Of a stretch of DNA of 64,000 nt, positions 22,253-34,596 are shown one piece after another. Positions within the stretch are counted from its first letter, which is position 1, and every line of letters begins with the position of its first letter. Source of the stretch: Sarea resinae (Eukaryota); the NCBI GenBank assembly GCA_026026165.1, contig JAPEUD010000011.1:372001-436000 (forward strand), given 5' to 3'. The notes under the pieces are model-generated. The model saw only the letters and a program-made list of their open reading frames with translations, ran no database searches and had not been told where the DNA came from. The position numbers and the translations under genes are program-made.

Positions 22253-23472
22253 TCACAGCTTTGCCACCTTGTCCGCCTCCTCACTTTGCGCCTGTCAGCA
22301 ACTGTCAAATGTTCCGCGTCCAAGGTTGAGCTGTGTAGAACAAAGGGGGAACGGTGGGAGAGAAACTTACATCCAAGTCCGCAATCTTCAACACGGCCTT
22401 GCCAAAGTTCTTGCCCTGCAGCAAACCCAGCAGTCCCTCGACCGAGTTGTCGATGCCGTCCGTCACGGAGATCTTGGCCTTGAAGGACCCGTCGTGAAGC
22501 CATTTTTGTACGTTCTTTTGGTGCTCGGCGCTGTATTTGGGACCAAAGTTCTCGTCGAAGACAATGAAGCCCTGGAATCGGATTCGTTTTGCGACGATCA
22601 GCATGACGTTCTTGACTCCGTAGCCTTCCGAGGGCTTGAGGTTGTACTGGGAGATCATGCCGCAAGCGACTAGAGACAGGATTAGCCGATATGATGGAGC
22701 TGGTATTCCTCAAAGACATACCGATTCGTCCAAAGTTGTTCATGGCCTCAATTGCGGCATCCAGATGTTCACCGCCCACGTTTTCGAAATAGATATCGAT
22801 ACCTTGCGGGGCAAGGCGCTTCAAGGCGTCTCTCGGCTTTTCCTTTTTGTAGTTGAATCCGGCATCGAAGTTGAGCTCCTTGGTGATGAATTCTAGTTTT
22901 TTATCGTCGCCGACGCTTCCGATGACCTTCAAGCCCTCATGCTTGGCCAATTGTCCGACGAGCTGACCCACGGCTCCAGAAGCGGCGGAGATGAAGATGG
23001 TCTCGCCCTTCTTGGGTTGGCCGATCTCGTAGAAGGACGAGTACGCGGTCAGACCGGGCATCCCCAGAGCGCCGAGGAAGAACTTCGGATCGAGCTTGTA
23101 GGGGTTGTCCAGCTTCGTGAACGTGGCTGCCGTCTGTCCATCGATGACCGAGTACTCCTCGGTTGCGAACTGGCCGAGCACCACATCTCCCTCGTTGAAT
23201 TTGGAGTTGTCCGACTTGAGGACCTTGGCCACGCCACCGTTCGGGATGGGCTTTCCGAGCTCAAATGGGGGGGTGTACGACGGGGTGTTGGGGGCCCTCA
23301 TGCGGCCTCGCTGGTAAGGGTCGAATGAAAGGTACAAGTTCTTGGTGACGAGGCCATCCTTGGGCGGTTGCGTGTTCAAGTCGAAAGGACGGTCCTCGAC
23401 CGTCAGGTCCTTGCCGGCCACGGGGAAGCCTGATGGCACGGACTTGAAGATGAGACCTTTGTTCTGCACCAT
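22253..23472 (-). CDS. NADP-dependent enone/alkenal reductase (MDR, prostaglandin reductase-like), 2 introns
   Basis: MVQNKGLIF start; YLSFDPYQRGRM, LGALGMPGLTAY, ISAASGAVGQ, DIYFENVGG, GRIVACGMISQY, GKNFGKAV; introns at 22670-22721 and starting at 22370. Confidence 0.92.
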
Positions 23473-23739
23473 GATGACCGTTGCGTGGTGACTGCGGATG
23501 TATTCAGAATCTAGACACTGGGCAGCTAGTCGTATGTACGGGGAGGGGGGAGGGGGGAAGTGAGGGCTGTTTGCAAGAATGTGACGGTTGGATTCCAAGG
23601 TTGATATCGACGGGCTATGGGCAGGCAACCTTTTAAAGTACAAACAAAGCCCCGCCGCATTCCTCCACACCTTTCAGAGCCCGTCTGCTCGCCATGTTTT
23701 TCCTCCTGATGGCGGGCGGGAGAACGAGAAAGCGTTCCC

Positions 23740-24300
23740 GTAGTAGCAGTAGCAGTAGCAGTAGCAGTAGCAGTGGCAGTGGCAGTAGTCGGTAGTGGCA
23801 GCATGATTGGAAATCATAATTGGGTCCCCTCCCTCGGCCACTACGGAGTACGATGAGATGAGCTGATTAGCGCGCGGAGGAGCAAGAGGTCGCCAAATCG
23901 GACATGATGTCGGCAAACGTCATCGGAGCGAGACCATGTTCCGGCTAAAGCGCACCCAGAACAGTGGACACGGTGGACACGGTGGACACGGTGGACACGG
24001 TGGAAGCCAGGGCCGGAACAGACTCCAGATGGACTGATCCGTGATCCGTGATCAGTGATCAGAGAGCCCGTCTCAGTCAGCCCTCTTCTTCTATTTCTTC
24101 TTCATTCCTTACATGATTGCCTCCTGTGAGGCTGCAGGGTACGGAGCACGGAGCACGGGCACGGGGCACAGGGCACAGGGCACAGGGCACAGGGCACAGG
24201 GCAGGGGCAGGGGCAGGCGGTGGCAGACGGCGGCGTAGATAGGCGTGGATAGGCGTGGATGGTGGACATGGTGGACATGGTGGGCATGGTGGACATGTAC
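23740..24300. repeat. Microsatellite cluster (gtagca, gtggacacg, gggcaca, ggtggacat units)
   Basis: Directly visible tandem arrays in the divergent intergenic region. Confidence 0.9.
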
Positions 24301-25296
24301 GAACGTAGTCGAGTAGCTGCCGGGGCCGATCGTAGAGTATGAAGTACTTCCGTAGTGGGTATCAGTATGATCCGAACATGTCGCAATGGCCGATCTTCAC
24401 GTCTAGAATCGGTTCACTTGCCCCAACTAGAGCCTTGGCCGGCGGGGAGGCCAGCGAGGGCCCGCGAGGGGTGGAGGCGTGGGCCGGACATTTCTGCGTC
24501 TCGAGCCTCTGCTCCGAACGGGCGATCATGTAGGAAAGGTAATGCTGCCGTGATGGTGGACGACTCCCGGACGGATCTGACGGGGCTGAGGGGGCTGAGG
24601 GGGGGAAGCTTTATTATTGCACCCTTCCCACAGTACCTTACGCAGTACTTCATAGGTGCTTGTACGTAGTCACGCACCTGCACTGGCCGTGAAGATCTAG
24701 AGCCCAGGTACTTCGTACCCGAGCAACCTCGGCTGAGGTAGACCCCACCGATGATCTGCGGACAGGGTACATCATGTCAGGTCTCACGTATGTCTCGTCT
24801 TTACTATGAGTACTCTACTCATAGTACAGTACTGCCCACTGCCCAGCCCTGCCCAGCCTGGCCTAGTCCTGCACAGTCCTCCGGAGTATTCGTACATTCA
24901 CGTACGTTCGACGCACAGCGTACAGCTCAGTCCGAGTCGGGCTTGCGTCCGCATTATTCAAAAGGGGCCCGCATCGATTGCTCCGGGGCTGACTAATCTG
25001 CCATGTACTTCCGCTACTCCCAAAAATACCACAACGCCGTACTACGTACTCGTCGTACTGCACCAGCTTGTTGACGACTCTCCCTCCCCTCCCCTCCCGT
25101 TATGCGAACCCTCCACTCCACCGCCTGCAGTCGAATGTCTTGACTCCGACGATGATGCATCATCCACCAGAGACTCGCGCAGCCCCCACTCCGCCCATTC
25201 CGCCCGCTACCACCTCAATCAGACTCTAGACTCCACCTCCACCTCCCCCTCCACCACCTCTCAGATTAATCAACATCCTGCCATCCCAGATCCATC

Positions 25297-26271
25297 ATGT
25301 CCGACACCAAATACATGCCTGTTCCTGCCCCGACGGAGCCACCGCCGAGCTATGAGAACTCCAAGCCCGTCCCGCCCAAGCCCGTGGGCCCTCCTCTGCG
25401 GGCACCCCTGCCGTTGGACCTGCCCGCGCTGAACGTGGTGCGCGGCAAACGAGTGATATTGGCCTCTGCATCCCCGAGGCGGAAGCAATTGCTGGCGCTC
25501 GTATGATTCCCATTTCTGTACTGGTCGAGGCCATGGCACTAATCGTGACGACGATGCGTGCAGCTTGGCCTTCCGAAATTCGAAATCATCCCGTCCACCA
25601 CTCCCGAAAACCTGTCGAAATCTCTCTCGCCCTTCGAGTATGTTCTGCAGACTGCAACCCAAAAGGCCCTGTCCGTCTATGCACGCGAGATAAATAATGA
25701 GGAGCTGGGTGAACCAACCCTCATCATCGCCGCCGACACCGTCGTCGTCGCCCACAATGGCAATATCCTCGAGAAGCCTCGCAGCGAGAAGCAGCATATC
25801 GACATGCTGACATCGCTGCGGGATGGGGAGGAGCACAAGGTATACAGCGCCGTGGCGGTCATGACGCCTCTGGAGAGCGCAAGAGACCCTGGCTATGCTC
25901 TCGAGACGGCGGTGGAAGAGACAACGGTGACATTTGACAAGGCTGGTAGGTTTGGATCGTCCCACTCATAGACTCAATGATTTGCCAGAATGTGATCGTG
26001 CTGACTCGAAACCTACTACTCTCCAGTGACCAACGAGCTCATCATCGCATACGTCAAGACACGGGAAGGTGCTGACAAGGCAGGCGGCTACGGCATCCAA
26101 GGCATTGGCTCCATCCTGATCGAGAAGATCGATGGTTCTTTCGATAACGTTGTTGGCCTGCCTCTGCGCACCACCCTGAAGCTGATCGAGAAGGTCATGA
26201 CCCATGCCGATGATGATGAGCTCCCGGCCGAATTTGACGAAGACGGTGAAGTTGAAGACGTTGCTCTTTGA
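25297..26271 (+). CDS. Maf-family nucleoside triphosphate pyrophosphatase, 2 introns
   Basis: VILASASPRRKQLL, IIAADTVV, ILEKP, DKAGGYGIQG, NVVGLPL. Confidence 0.92.
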
Positions 26272-27044
26272 TCTGAAAATGATCTGCTAGGTTTGGATGG
26301 GTCTCTTTACTATTGCACAAGATCGGATGGAATGTTGTGTCTACTTTCGCTTTGCAGGCTATGCTGCATTGATATCATGGTGATATTAAGGTGTTGGGTG
26401 TTATATCTTCGGTGGGTATATTGTTCATATAGATCTTAAAAGTGCAGCATAAACTGCTCTCCGCCGCTTTTGGATATCCATACAATACATAAATGTGCCT
26501 GCACGAATCGTGCTGGCCTTGGCTTCCTCGTTATGCTCTTTCATTCTGATGCGGTACCCCTCTTTCGTGCACTTTGGCGCATTGTTTTCGTTCTCTATCT
26601 TCATATAGAGCCAATCTGATAGTCCGTTCGAAACCGAGTGGCCCTTCTTTCTCGCAGCGCATGTACCCAGCCGGTCAGTGAAAGCGTGTTGATCCTCTTA
26701 GTGCTGTACAACTAGACTGCATATGCTGGGCATTCAGATGAAGAGCCAAAGTAGCTTCAGACTAGAGTGAGAGCACGGCGCACAAATATGCAGGGCCAGC
26801 TATGCACCAGTCAGTAAATTGATTCAGGCAAATGTCCTTGTTTCCACGCATAGATCAGAGAGATATTTACTGACCTTTGGCGGGACCTGATCTGTACTGA
26901 ACTTTGTCCAATGCAGCCTTCGCTCCGATACTGTAGGTATACTTGCTTCCAGCATGATCGGAAATTTCGACCACTCCCCATCTATCACACACCCACGGCA
27001 CCTCGATCCCATAAAACTCTCGGCCAAAGTCTGGCATCACCCTC

Positions 27045-27389
27045 TCAGACGTCCAGCCCATCGCCCACTCTCCCACCGCTCCTCTCCACCTCCCTCACCA
27101 GTCCCCTGCGCTCCTCGAGTACCTCCCGCATATAATCCACGGTCCGTTTCAGTACCACGCCCTCGCTGCGGCCCTGACCCTCTAGCCCTGGCACTAGCTC
27201 CGTCAGCCTATCGAAACCATCACGTATAGCGGCGCGTCTTTTTTGCTCCGAGGCGATGTGGTTATTCTTCTTCTCTTGATCGGTCAGGCGTGGCTTCTCG
27301 GGGTTGAGAGAGAGAGCTGCGCTTGTGGTGGTGCCGTTGGTGGGTGCAGCGGGAGGAGGGGCAGAGGCGGGGTCGGTTGGTGAGGACAT
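27045..27389 (-). CDS. Small bHLH transcription factor (Ino4/Mlx-like)
   Basis: EKKNNHIASEQKRRAAIRDGFDRLTELVPGL...SEGVVLKRTVDYM. Confidence 0.88.
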   Translation of the reverse strand: MSSPTDPASAPPPAAPTNGTTTSAALSLNPEKPRLTDQEKKNNHIASEQKRRAAIRDGFDRLTELVPGLEGQGRSEGVVLKRTVDYMREVLEERRGLVREVERSGGRVGDGLDV

Positions 27390-27733
27390 GGCTTGTTTTG
27401 ATGTGGTCGATGGAAGGCTGGGAGCGGCAGGATGTTTCGAAGATGAGGCTTCAAGAAAGTCAACAAGCCTTCTTGTTCGTCTGAAGGGAAATGTGATAGA
27501 TCTTCTGGGCCTCTTAGTGATGCTGCGGTTGCGAAGTTGCTTCACGATAGACGGCGATAGTCCAAGAAGCACTGGTGCACGTGCATTGGCATCACGGTTG
27601 TATTACGTAAGCAATGATTCACGCCGCTCTTCGGCCCCAGTGTGCCGCCCCACTGCTCTAGAGCGAGACATAGGATGATGCAGCACGATACCGTGGCTCG
27701 ATCAGAAAAATCAGAAAAATCAACACTTCTTGA

Positions 27734-27740
27734 TGACTCA
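27734..27740 (+). promoter_or_regulatory. Gcn4/CpcA recognition element TGACTCA upstream of HIS4
   Basis: Perfect TGACTCA about 100 bp before the ATG; variant TGATTCA at 27615-27621. Confidence 0.7.
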
Positions 27741-27840
27741 ATTGATCGTTCTCTTGAACGAACAACGTCAGACCTCGAGGTGGAATCTTCAAGACCTTCA
27801 ATTGCGACGAGATTGTCGCTGAGACCCGACACTGCCCATC

Positions 27841-30653
27841 ATGGCCGCTCCACTGCCATTACTGCCCTCGATTGACTTTCGGAACTTCCATGCCCAGGAC
27901 CAGCAGGGTTTGGACGCTAAGTCATTGTCCTATCTGGGCCAACTCTTCACCGTCGTCACGCCAGAAACCCTCGACAGCGCCTTTGTCTTTCTTCAGGCGA
28001 CTCTCGGTGGCTTTGCTGTTCACCTTGATGTCAGGACTGTGACTGCATTGGAAGATGTCGTCTCTTTGTTGGATGCCGGGGCGGCCAAAGTCTTCGTTTC
28101 GTACGCGCAGTTGAAGGAGCTGGAGCAGGCTGGCAACCTCGATCTCGAGAGAGTGGTTCTGGCCATTTCGGCCGTGCAGCAGGCCGCGAATGGGCAGATC
28201 ATTGATGTCGTTGGGAATACTTCAGTGGGAATCTATTTTGATGAGGTAAAGGACACAAAGCAAGTGGAGGAATGGCTCCGCGAATACGGCGCAGATCGGC
28301 CTCCAGTCTACGTTTCTATGCTTCAGCCGACATTGGAGACTGTCACCCGAATCGCCAGCGCGTCGGCGACTCCAATCATTCCAGCGACACATTTGACCAC
28401 ATCCTCCAAAGCCGCCCCAACCTTGATCCCAATTGCGGCCCTGCTGCTCGCAAACGCAAAGTCCGATCGAACGGATGGTCTTTTCACAACGGTAGTGACG
28501 GATGCACGAGGGGTGGCGCTGGGTCTTGTCTACAGCAGCCCCGAGAGCGTGGCAGAGAGCTTGAGGACAGGAACGGGCGTGTATCAAAGTCGCAAACGGG
28601 GATTGTGGTACAAGGGGGCAACGAGCGGAGATACGCAAGAGCTTGTCAAGATCGAGCTTGATTGCGACCAAGACTGCTTGAAATATGTCGTCAAGCAGCA
28701 CGGTCGAGGTGCGATACTATGCGTCTTTGGTTTATGGCACAAAGCTAATTATAGATAGGATTCTGTCACCTAGGAACCCCTACTTGCTTCGGCCCCTACT
28801 CTGGTCTTTCACGTCTGCAGAAGACTCTTGAGTCTCGAAAGGCATCCGCCCCTGAAGGCTCATACACGGCACGGCTGTTCAACTCGCCCCAGCTTCTAAA
28901 CGCAAAGATCATGGAGGAGGCAGAAGAGCTTTGCACGGCAAAGACCAAGGAAGAGGTGGCTTTTGAGGCTGCAGATTTGCTGTACTTTGCGTTGACCAAA
29001 TGCGTGGCTGCCGGGGTTAGCTTAGAGGACGTGGAGAGGAGTCTCGACGCGAAGAGTGTCAAGGTCAAGCGGAGAAAGGGTGATGCCAAGGGCCCGTGGG
29101 CTCAAAAGGCTGGACTCACGGACGGGGCGACCAAGGAGACGGAGAAGAAGGAAGCTTTAAAGGAAGCAGCTTCGGTACCAAAGACTGTCGAGGATCCAGC
29201 TGGTCTCCAAAACGGCAGGATCCAGATGAGGTCTTACAGCACGACCGAGACATCTCCTGAGGAAATCCAAGCAGCGTTGCAGCGACCATCCCAAAAGTCA
29301 ACAGAGATGATCATGGGCATTGTCAATCCAATCATCAAGGGCGTCCGTGAAGGCGGTGATGCTGCCCTCCTCAGCTACACGCACAAGTTCGAAAAAGCTA
29401 CATCCTTGACCTCGCCCGTGCTCCGTGCACCTTATCCCCGAGCCTTAATGCAGCTCCCCAAAGAGACCATCGAGGCCATCGACATCAGCTTCGAGAACAT
29501 CCGGCGCTTCCATGCCGCCCAAAAGGAAGACACCCTCATCGTCGAAACCATGCCGGGCGTGGTCTGCTCGCGCTTCACGCGGCCCATCGAGCGCGTAGGC
29601 CTCTACGTCCCAGGCGGCACTGCCGTCCTTCCGTCCACTGCTCTCATGCTCGGCGTGCCGGCCCTCGTCGCAGGCTGCAAGAAGATTGTCCTGGCATCTC
29701 CACCGCGCGCGGATGGTAGCATCACCCCTGAAATCGTGTACGTCGCGCACAAGATTGGCGCCGAGAGCATCGTACTAGCGGGCGGCGCACAGGCTGTGGC
29801 CGCCCTTGCCTACGGCACCGAGTCCGTCAGCAAAGTCGACAAGATCCTCGGCCCGGGCAATCAATTCGTCACGGCGGCTAAGATGATCGTCTCGAACGAC
29901 ACCAATGCAGGCGTGAGCATCGACATGCCGGCTGGACCGTCGGAAGTCCTCGTCATCGCAGACGCGACGGCCAATCCGGCCTTTGTTGCCTCGGACCTGC
30001 TCTCGCAGGCCGAGCACGGCGTCGACTCGCAAGTGATCCTCATCGCCGTCGACCTGACGCCCACGCAGCTCGGCGCCATCGAGGACGAACTCCACGCCCA
30101 GGCCAGCGCGCTGCCGCGCGTCGATATCGTCAGGGGGTCCATCGCGCATTCCATCACGCTGGTCGTCAAGACGCTGGAGGAGGCCCTGGCGTTGAGCAAC
30201 GATTACGCGCCCGAGCATCTGATTCTGCAGATTGCTGATGCCGAGGCTGCTGTTGAGATGGTTGAGAATGCGGGTAGTGTGTTTGTGGGTCAATGGACGC
30301 CCGAGAGCGTGGGCGATTACTCTGCCGGGGTCAATCACTCGTTGCGTATGTTCTCTTTTCTTCCTCTCCCCGTTCTTCTTCCTTTCCTGTCCCCAACATC
30401 CCATCCTCGCAACACCGCAACCCAACTCAAAACAACCACCGTCACTAACGATGCAAAAAAAAAAACAGCAACCTACGGCTACGCGAAGCAGTACTCGGGC
30501 GTCAACCTGTCCAGCTACCTGAAACACATCACCAGCTCGAACCTGACGCGGCAGGGGCTCAAGAACGTCGGCGCGGCCGTTATGCAGCTCGCCGGCGTCG
30601 AGGAACTGCATGCTCATCAGAGGGCCGTTGCGGTGAGGTTGGGCTTGCTATGA
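27841..30653 (+). CDS. HIS4: Trifunctional histidine biosynthesis protein (PR-AMP cyclohydrolase / PR-ATP pyrophosphohydrolase / histidinol dehydrogenase), 2 introns
   Basis: LWYKGATSG, DCDQDCL, GFCHL, AKIMEEAEEL, EAADLLYF, VGLYVPGGTAVLPST, IDMPAGPSEV, DLLSQAEHG, YAPEHL. Confidence 0.97.
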
Positions 30654-30679
30654 TGGGATGGTAATCGAGCTACCGGGTA

Positions 30680-31720
30680 AAGAAAGGAAAAAAGAGGAAA
30701 AAAAACAAACAGCAAACGAGATGGAGAAAGCTGGAAGTGGGAAGAGGGAGGGGAAACGGAAACAGAAAGGGGAATGAAGAGGGGGGAAAGGCAAGAGACA
30801 AAAGTGCACCTTTCCCCCCCCAAAAAAAAGTTTTCCTTTTCTTTTATACGAAAAACGGAAATCCATGCTTTTCTATTTCGGCATCTCGGTTTCCAGACTT
30901 TTCTTTATTCCTTTTCACCAGGACCAAAAACAGAAATCATGCTTCCTTTTTACGAAAAACGAAAACGGCTTTCACGCTTTTCTATTTCTATTTTCGGACC
31001 TCGATTTCGGATCTCGGTTCTCACCAAACTTTTTTGGTCTTTCTTTTTGCACTATGTCATGACCAGAAACGGAAACTCCTGCTTTTTATTTCTATTCTTA
31101 TTCTTATTTCGGATCTCAGTATCTTGTTTTGTTTCATTTCATGTTATTTCTCTCCCATTTCCGGGGGTTACGAGTGAGAGAGAGAGAGAGAGAGAGAGTA
31201 TGTGTGTGTGTGTGTGTGTGTGTGTGCCTGTGCAGTCAGCCCATAGGTCAGCTAGGCTATCATAGGGTAGGCTAGGATAGACTGGACCAGAGTAGGGGAG
31301 GAACGTTTCAGTCATGAACTATCAACACGGAAAACTCTTACCATTCTTTCTTCCTTCTCGGGTTCTGCAGGGGCCGGTGATGCGCGTGTGTGCATGTGTG
31401 CGTGTGTGCGGGCGGTGCCTAGGAGAGAAGTTAGAGAGTATTCTTCTCCTGAGAGATGGAGGTGCAAAATATTAAATACCTGGTAGAGTATAGAGACAGA
31501 CACCAGACTACCTTACCTAGGACCAAGAAACCGGGAGAGAGACTGGGCACGGATTGGTATACAGAAAAAGAACCAAACCGGATCTTGGTTCGTGGACTTT
31601 CTAGATGTCTGTCTGTCTGTCTATCTATCTATCTGTCTATCTAGCTAGCTAATGAGACGTCTAGCCAGCGATCGGTTGGTTGGCTGATTGGTTGATGGAT
31701 AGATGGGTTTAGCTTGGGGT
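30680..31720. repeat. Low-complexity spacer with A/T runs, (GA)n(TG)n and (TCTG/TCTA)n
   Basis: Directly visible between the convergent HIS4 and PAF-AH genes. Confidence 0.85.
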
Positions 31721-31825
31721 ATCATGATTGTTTAGATCTGAAGATGCAGATATGTAACGATGGGCCCATGGCTGCATCGTGCCATCGTGCCTTTTGCTGT
31801 CAGCATGAGCCATGAGCCATGAGCT

Positions 31826-33984
31826 TCAAGTCGGCGGCGATGGGTCTAGCTGCTGCGACGACGACGAGACCTTGCCTTCCTCCGCCTCCTCTTCATTTTC
31901 CACGACGCCCTCTATCTTCTCCTCGTCCTTGACCGCGACCTTGATCTTCGGAACGACATGCATCCAGATCTCCTCAACCTCGCCCGCATCTCCGCGCGCC
32001 CTCTTAGCCTTCCGGCGCAGCTTCGGCGCCACCCGGGCCGAGAACTCGTGGTTGATCTTCAGGCGCATGCCGATCCACTTCTCGTCGGGCCGGTGCTCGG
32101 CGGGGAGATCGTCCATGTGCTTGAGCAGTTTCTTCGCGTCGGGGTTGTCGTCGAGAAAGGACGCCAGGAAGCGGTCGTGGGGGTCTTGGGCCCGGCTGAA
32201 GAGCGCCGTCTGCTCGGCCGGCAGCGTGTGGCTGAGGGAGAGGAACTCCAGCGAGGCCGAGAGCGTGATGTCGATTGCCCGCTGCGGGTTGACGGTCATT
32301 TTGAGGAGCAGCGAGGCGAGGTGCGGGTAGAGGAGGGGAAAGTCGGATTGCGAGAGATGGATCGAGCCGCCTGTTTTTGTTGTTTGTTGTCAGCTGGGGA
32401 CCATTGGGCAGCGCGGAAAAGAAATCCATACGGATTGTCATGAGCCAGCAGAGGGTGCCTTGGTCGCGGGCTTCTTGGCAGAGAGCCATGACGGAATTGA
32501 AGTTGTCGGGCCAGTACATAAAGGCCTCCGAATTGACGCCCAGCAGGGGTGCGGTTATGCGGTGACGCTTGTCATCTTCAGGTGGTTTGACGATCGCTCT
32601 GCCATGAAAGTCTGCGCGTTAGCTGATGCTATGTCAGAGAACATAAGAAGATGGCGTAGATCTCCGTTATTCGACTAATAAATTTCTTACCCCCAGATAT
32701 CGTATATAATGCCCTGGGAAACCCAACTGAATCGCTCAGCATGTCGGAGCACTTCGACAGTCGTAGCCGCTCCGAAAGAATGTCCAACCATAGTGACTCT
32801 CTGCGTATCGAACCGCCCCTCCCACGCATTCCAGTCGATACCCAACAATCCTCTCGAGCTGGATCCGACCCCTCCATCTTTGCGGAGATTCTTCTTTGCG
32901 ATCGTCTCGCCTTTGCCCTGGCAGATTAGACATAGCAAGTGATACGTCTCCTCGAGCTCTGCCAAACGCATCTCGATTTGGGCAGCCCGTAAGCTTTCGT
33001 CGGGATCATTGCCTGGATCTGTGTCTCTGGGGTTGTCTAGGCCGATATCAGCAAATCGAGCTGGTTTATACTAATATCAACGGAGAAATCACGCACCTTT
33101 TGGGAAGATGTAGTCAATCATATCGTATTCCTTTTCCCGCTCCGTATCCCAATGATCCAGCCCACCACGCTGTTCCCTCTCCTGTCTGCTACCTTCTCCC
33201 TCAGCTGGATGGTTTATGAACGTCCTCGGTCCGCTTCCGTCGCGATGCTCCACAGCACAGACAATGAAGCCGTAACTCGCAAACTCCCCACAAATAGTAC
33301 TGTAGCTCGTCCTTGTTCCTCCTAGGCCATGACTGAACAATAGCAGAGGATGACATGGCATCTCTTGCCCCTCGGGAGGTGGACGACCCTGCTCATTCTT
33401 AACCTCGAACCCTCCTGTCCTGGTGTTTTTGGCGGCCGCCCAATGGCTCGCTAGAGGAGCGTTTCGATATGCCGGCATTTTGGTGAACCAAGTCGAAGAC
33501 AAGAAAAATACCATCGTCGGCCATTCAGGTAGACCCGCGAACCGTGCATATCCCTTGGAAAGCTTTGGTCGAGGTCGCGGCAACCACGTTCCTCTTGACC
33601 AGCGCTCATTTCCTGCGGGATCGGGACCCGATCCTGCGCCAAAAGCGGCAGGGTACCAGATCGTGACGAGGACGGTTTCTAGCTGAAGGATATGGCGGTG
33701 ATGCCTCGTGATTGAAGAGAACGGGCGAGGGTTCTCCACGGGGACTTCGATCTCCATGGTGCCCACCTATATAAGAACTGTTACATCCATTTGCTCGCCC
33801 TCGACATCGAAATCCACAAGGGTCTCACGCTGTATGGACCTGAGTAGTTTGGCAGAGTTCCCGTGAAAGGAATCCTGTCCCGCAGGCTACGGGCTGGCCG
33901 AGTCTTCGGCTTCTTACTATGAGGAACATCGGTCGGTCGCTGACAGGACTTGGGTGTCCCTCTCAGACGTGAAGGAAAAGTCAT
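31826..33984 (-). CDS. Platelet-activating factor acetylhydrolase-like (PAF-AH II) alpha/beta hydrolase, about 4 introns
   Basis: YSGPYS/VGTMEIEVP, FSHGLGG, VEHRDGSG, nucleophile GHSFG, YDIW, GSIHLSQSDF. Confidence 0.9.
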
Positions 33985-34596
33985 GATTGGATGGGTATCT
34001 TCTATGTCGAATCTGTTTCAGCTAGAGAGAGGTCGACGGCTCGTCGCGCGTTAGGGATTGCGCGGTGGTGACGGAGCCAGCACGACATGGAGGTGCGGTG
34101 AAGGCAGGGCGAGAGTCTGGGGATGAGGGATGAGGGATGAGGTCTATCAGAAGAAGCAGCCAGTGCGTGGAGATCTCTCCGGCTGCGCGGCTCGCGGCTC
34201 GCGGCTCTGCGGCTCTGGGAGGCTGCATGACATCTCGTTCACTGTGCCCGCGACTCTACGCCATATGCGCTGCAAGTCCAGATTGCGGTGCAGCTGTTTT
34301 CCATGTCGAGTAGCATTAATCGACGATGTTTTCTGACGTCACGCTTCGCGTATCACGGCAGCTGTCTCGCGATTACTTCATTGCCCGACCTATTTTGCAA
34401 GCCACTGACTCGTCAGACCGAACCCAATGCATCGATAAATTGTCCATCTATCATCGTGTCCTAGCAATGATATATACACATCCCAGATCCATCCTATCAG
34501 GATATATGTATGGGGGGATAGTTTCTTATATCAGGATTCCGGTCTGTATGATTCGTATCCCTCGGCCACACATCTGCATCGTACATTTCCTCGCCA

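Noticed and set aside
23960..24300. Regular short repeats as a possible CRISPR-like array
   Set aside because: Units abut without unique spacers, and the context is eukaryotic
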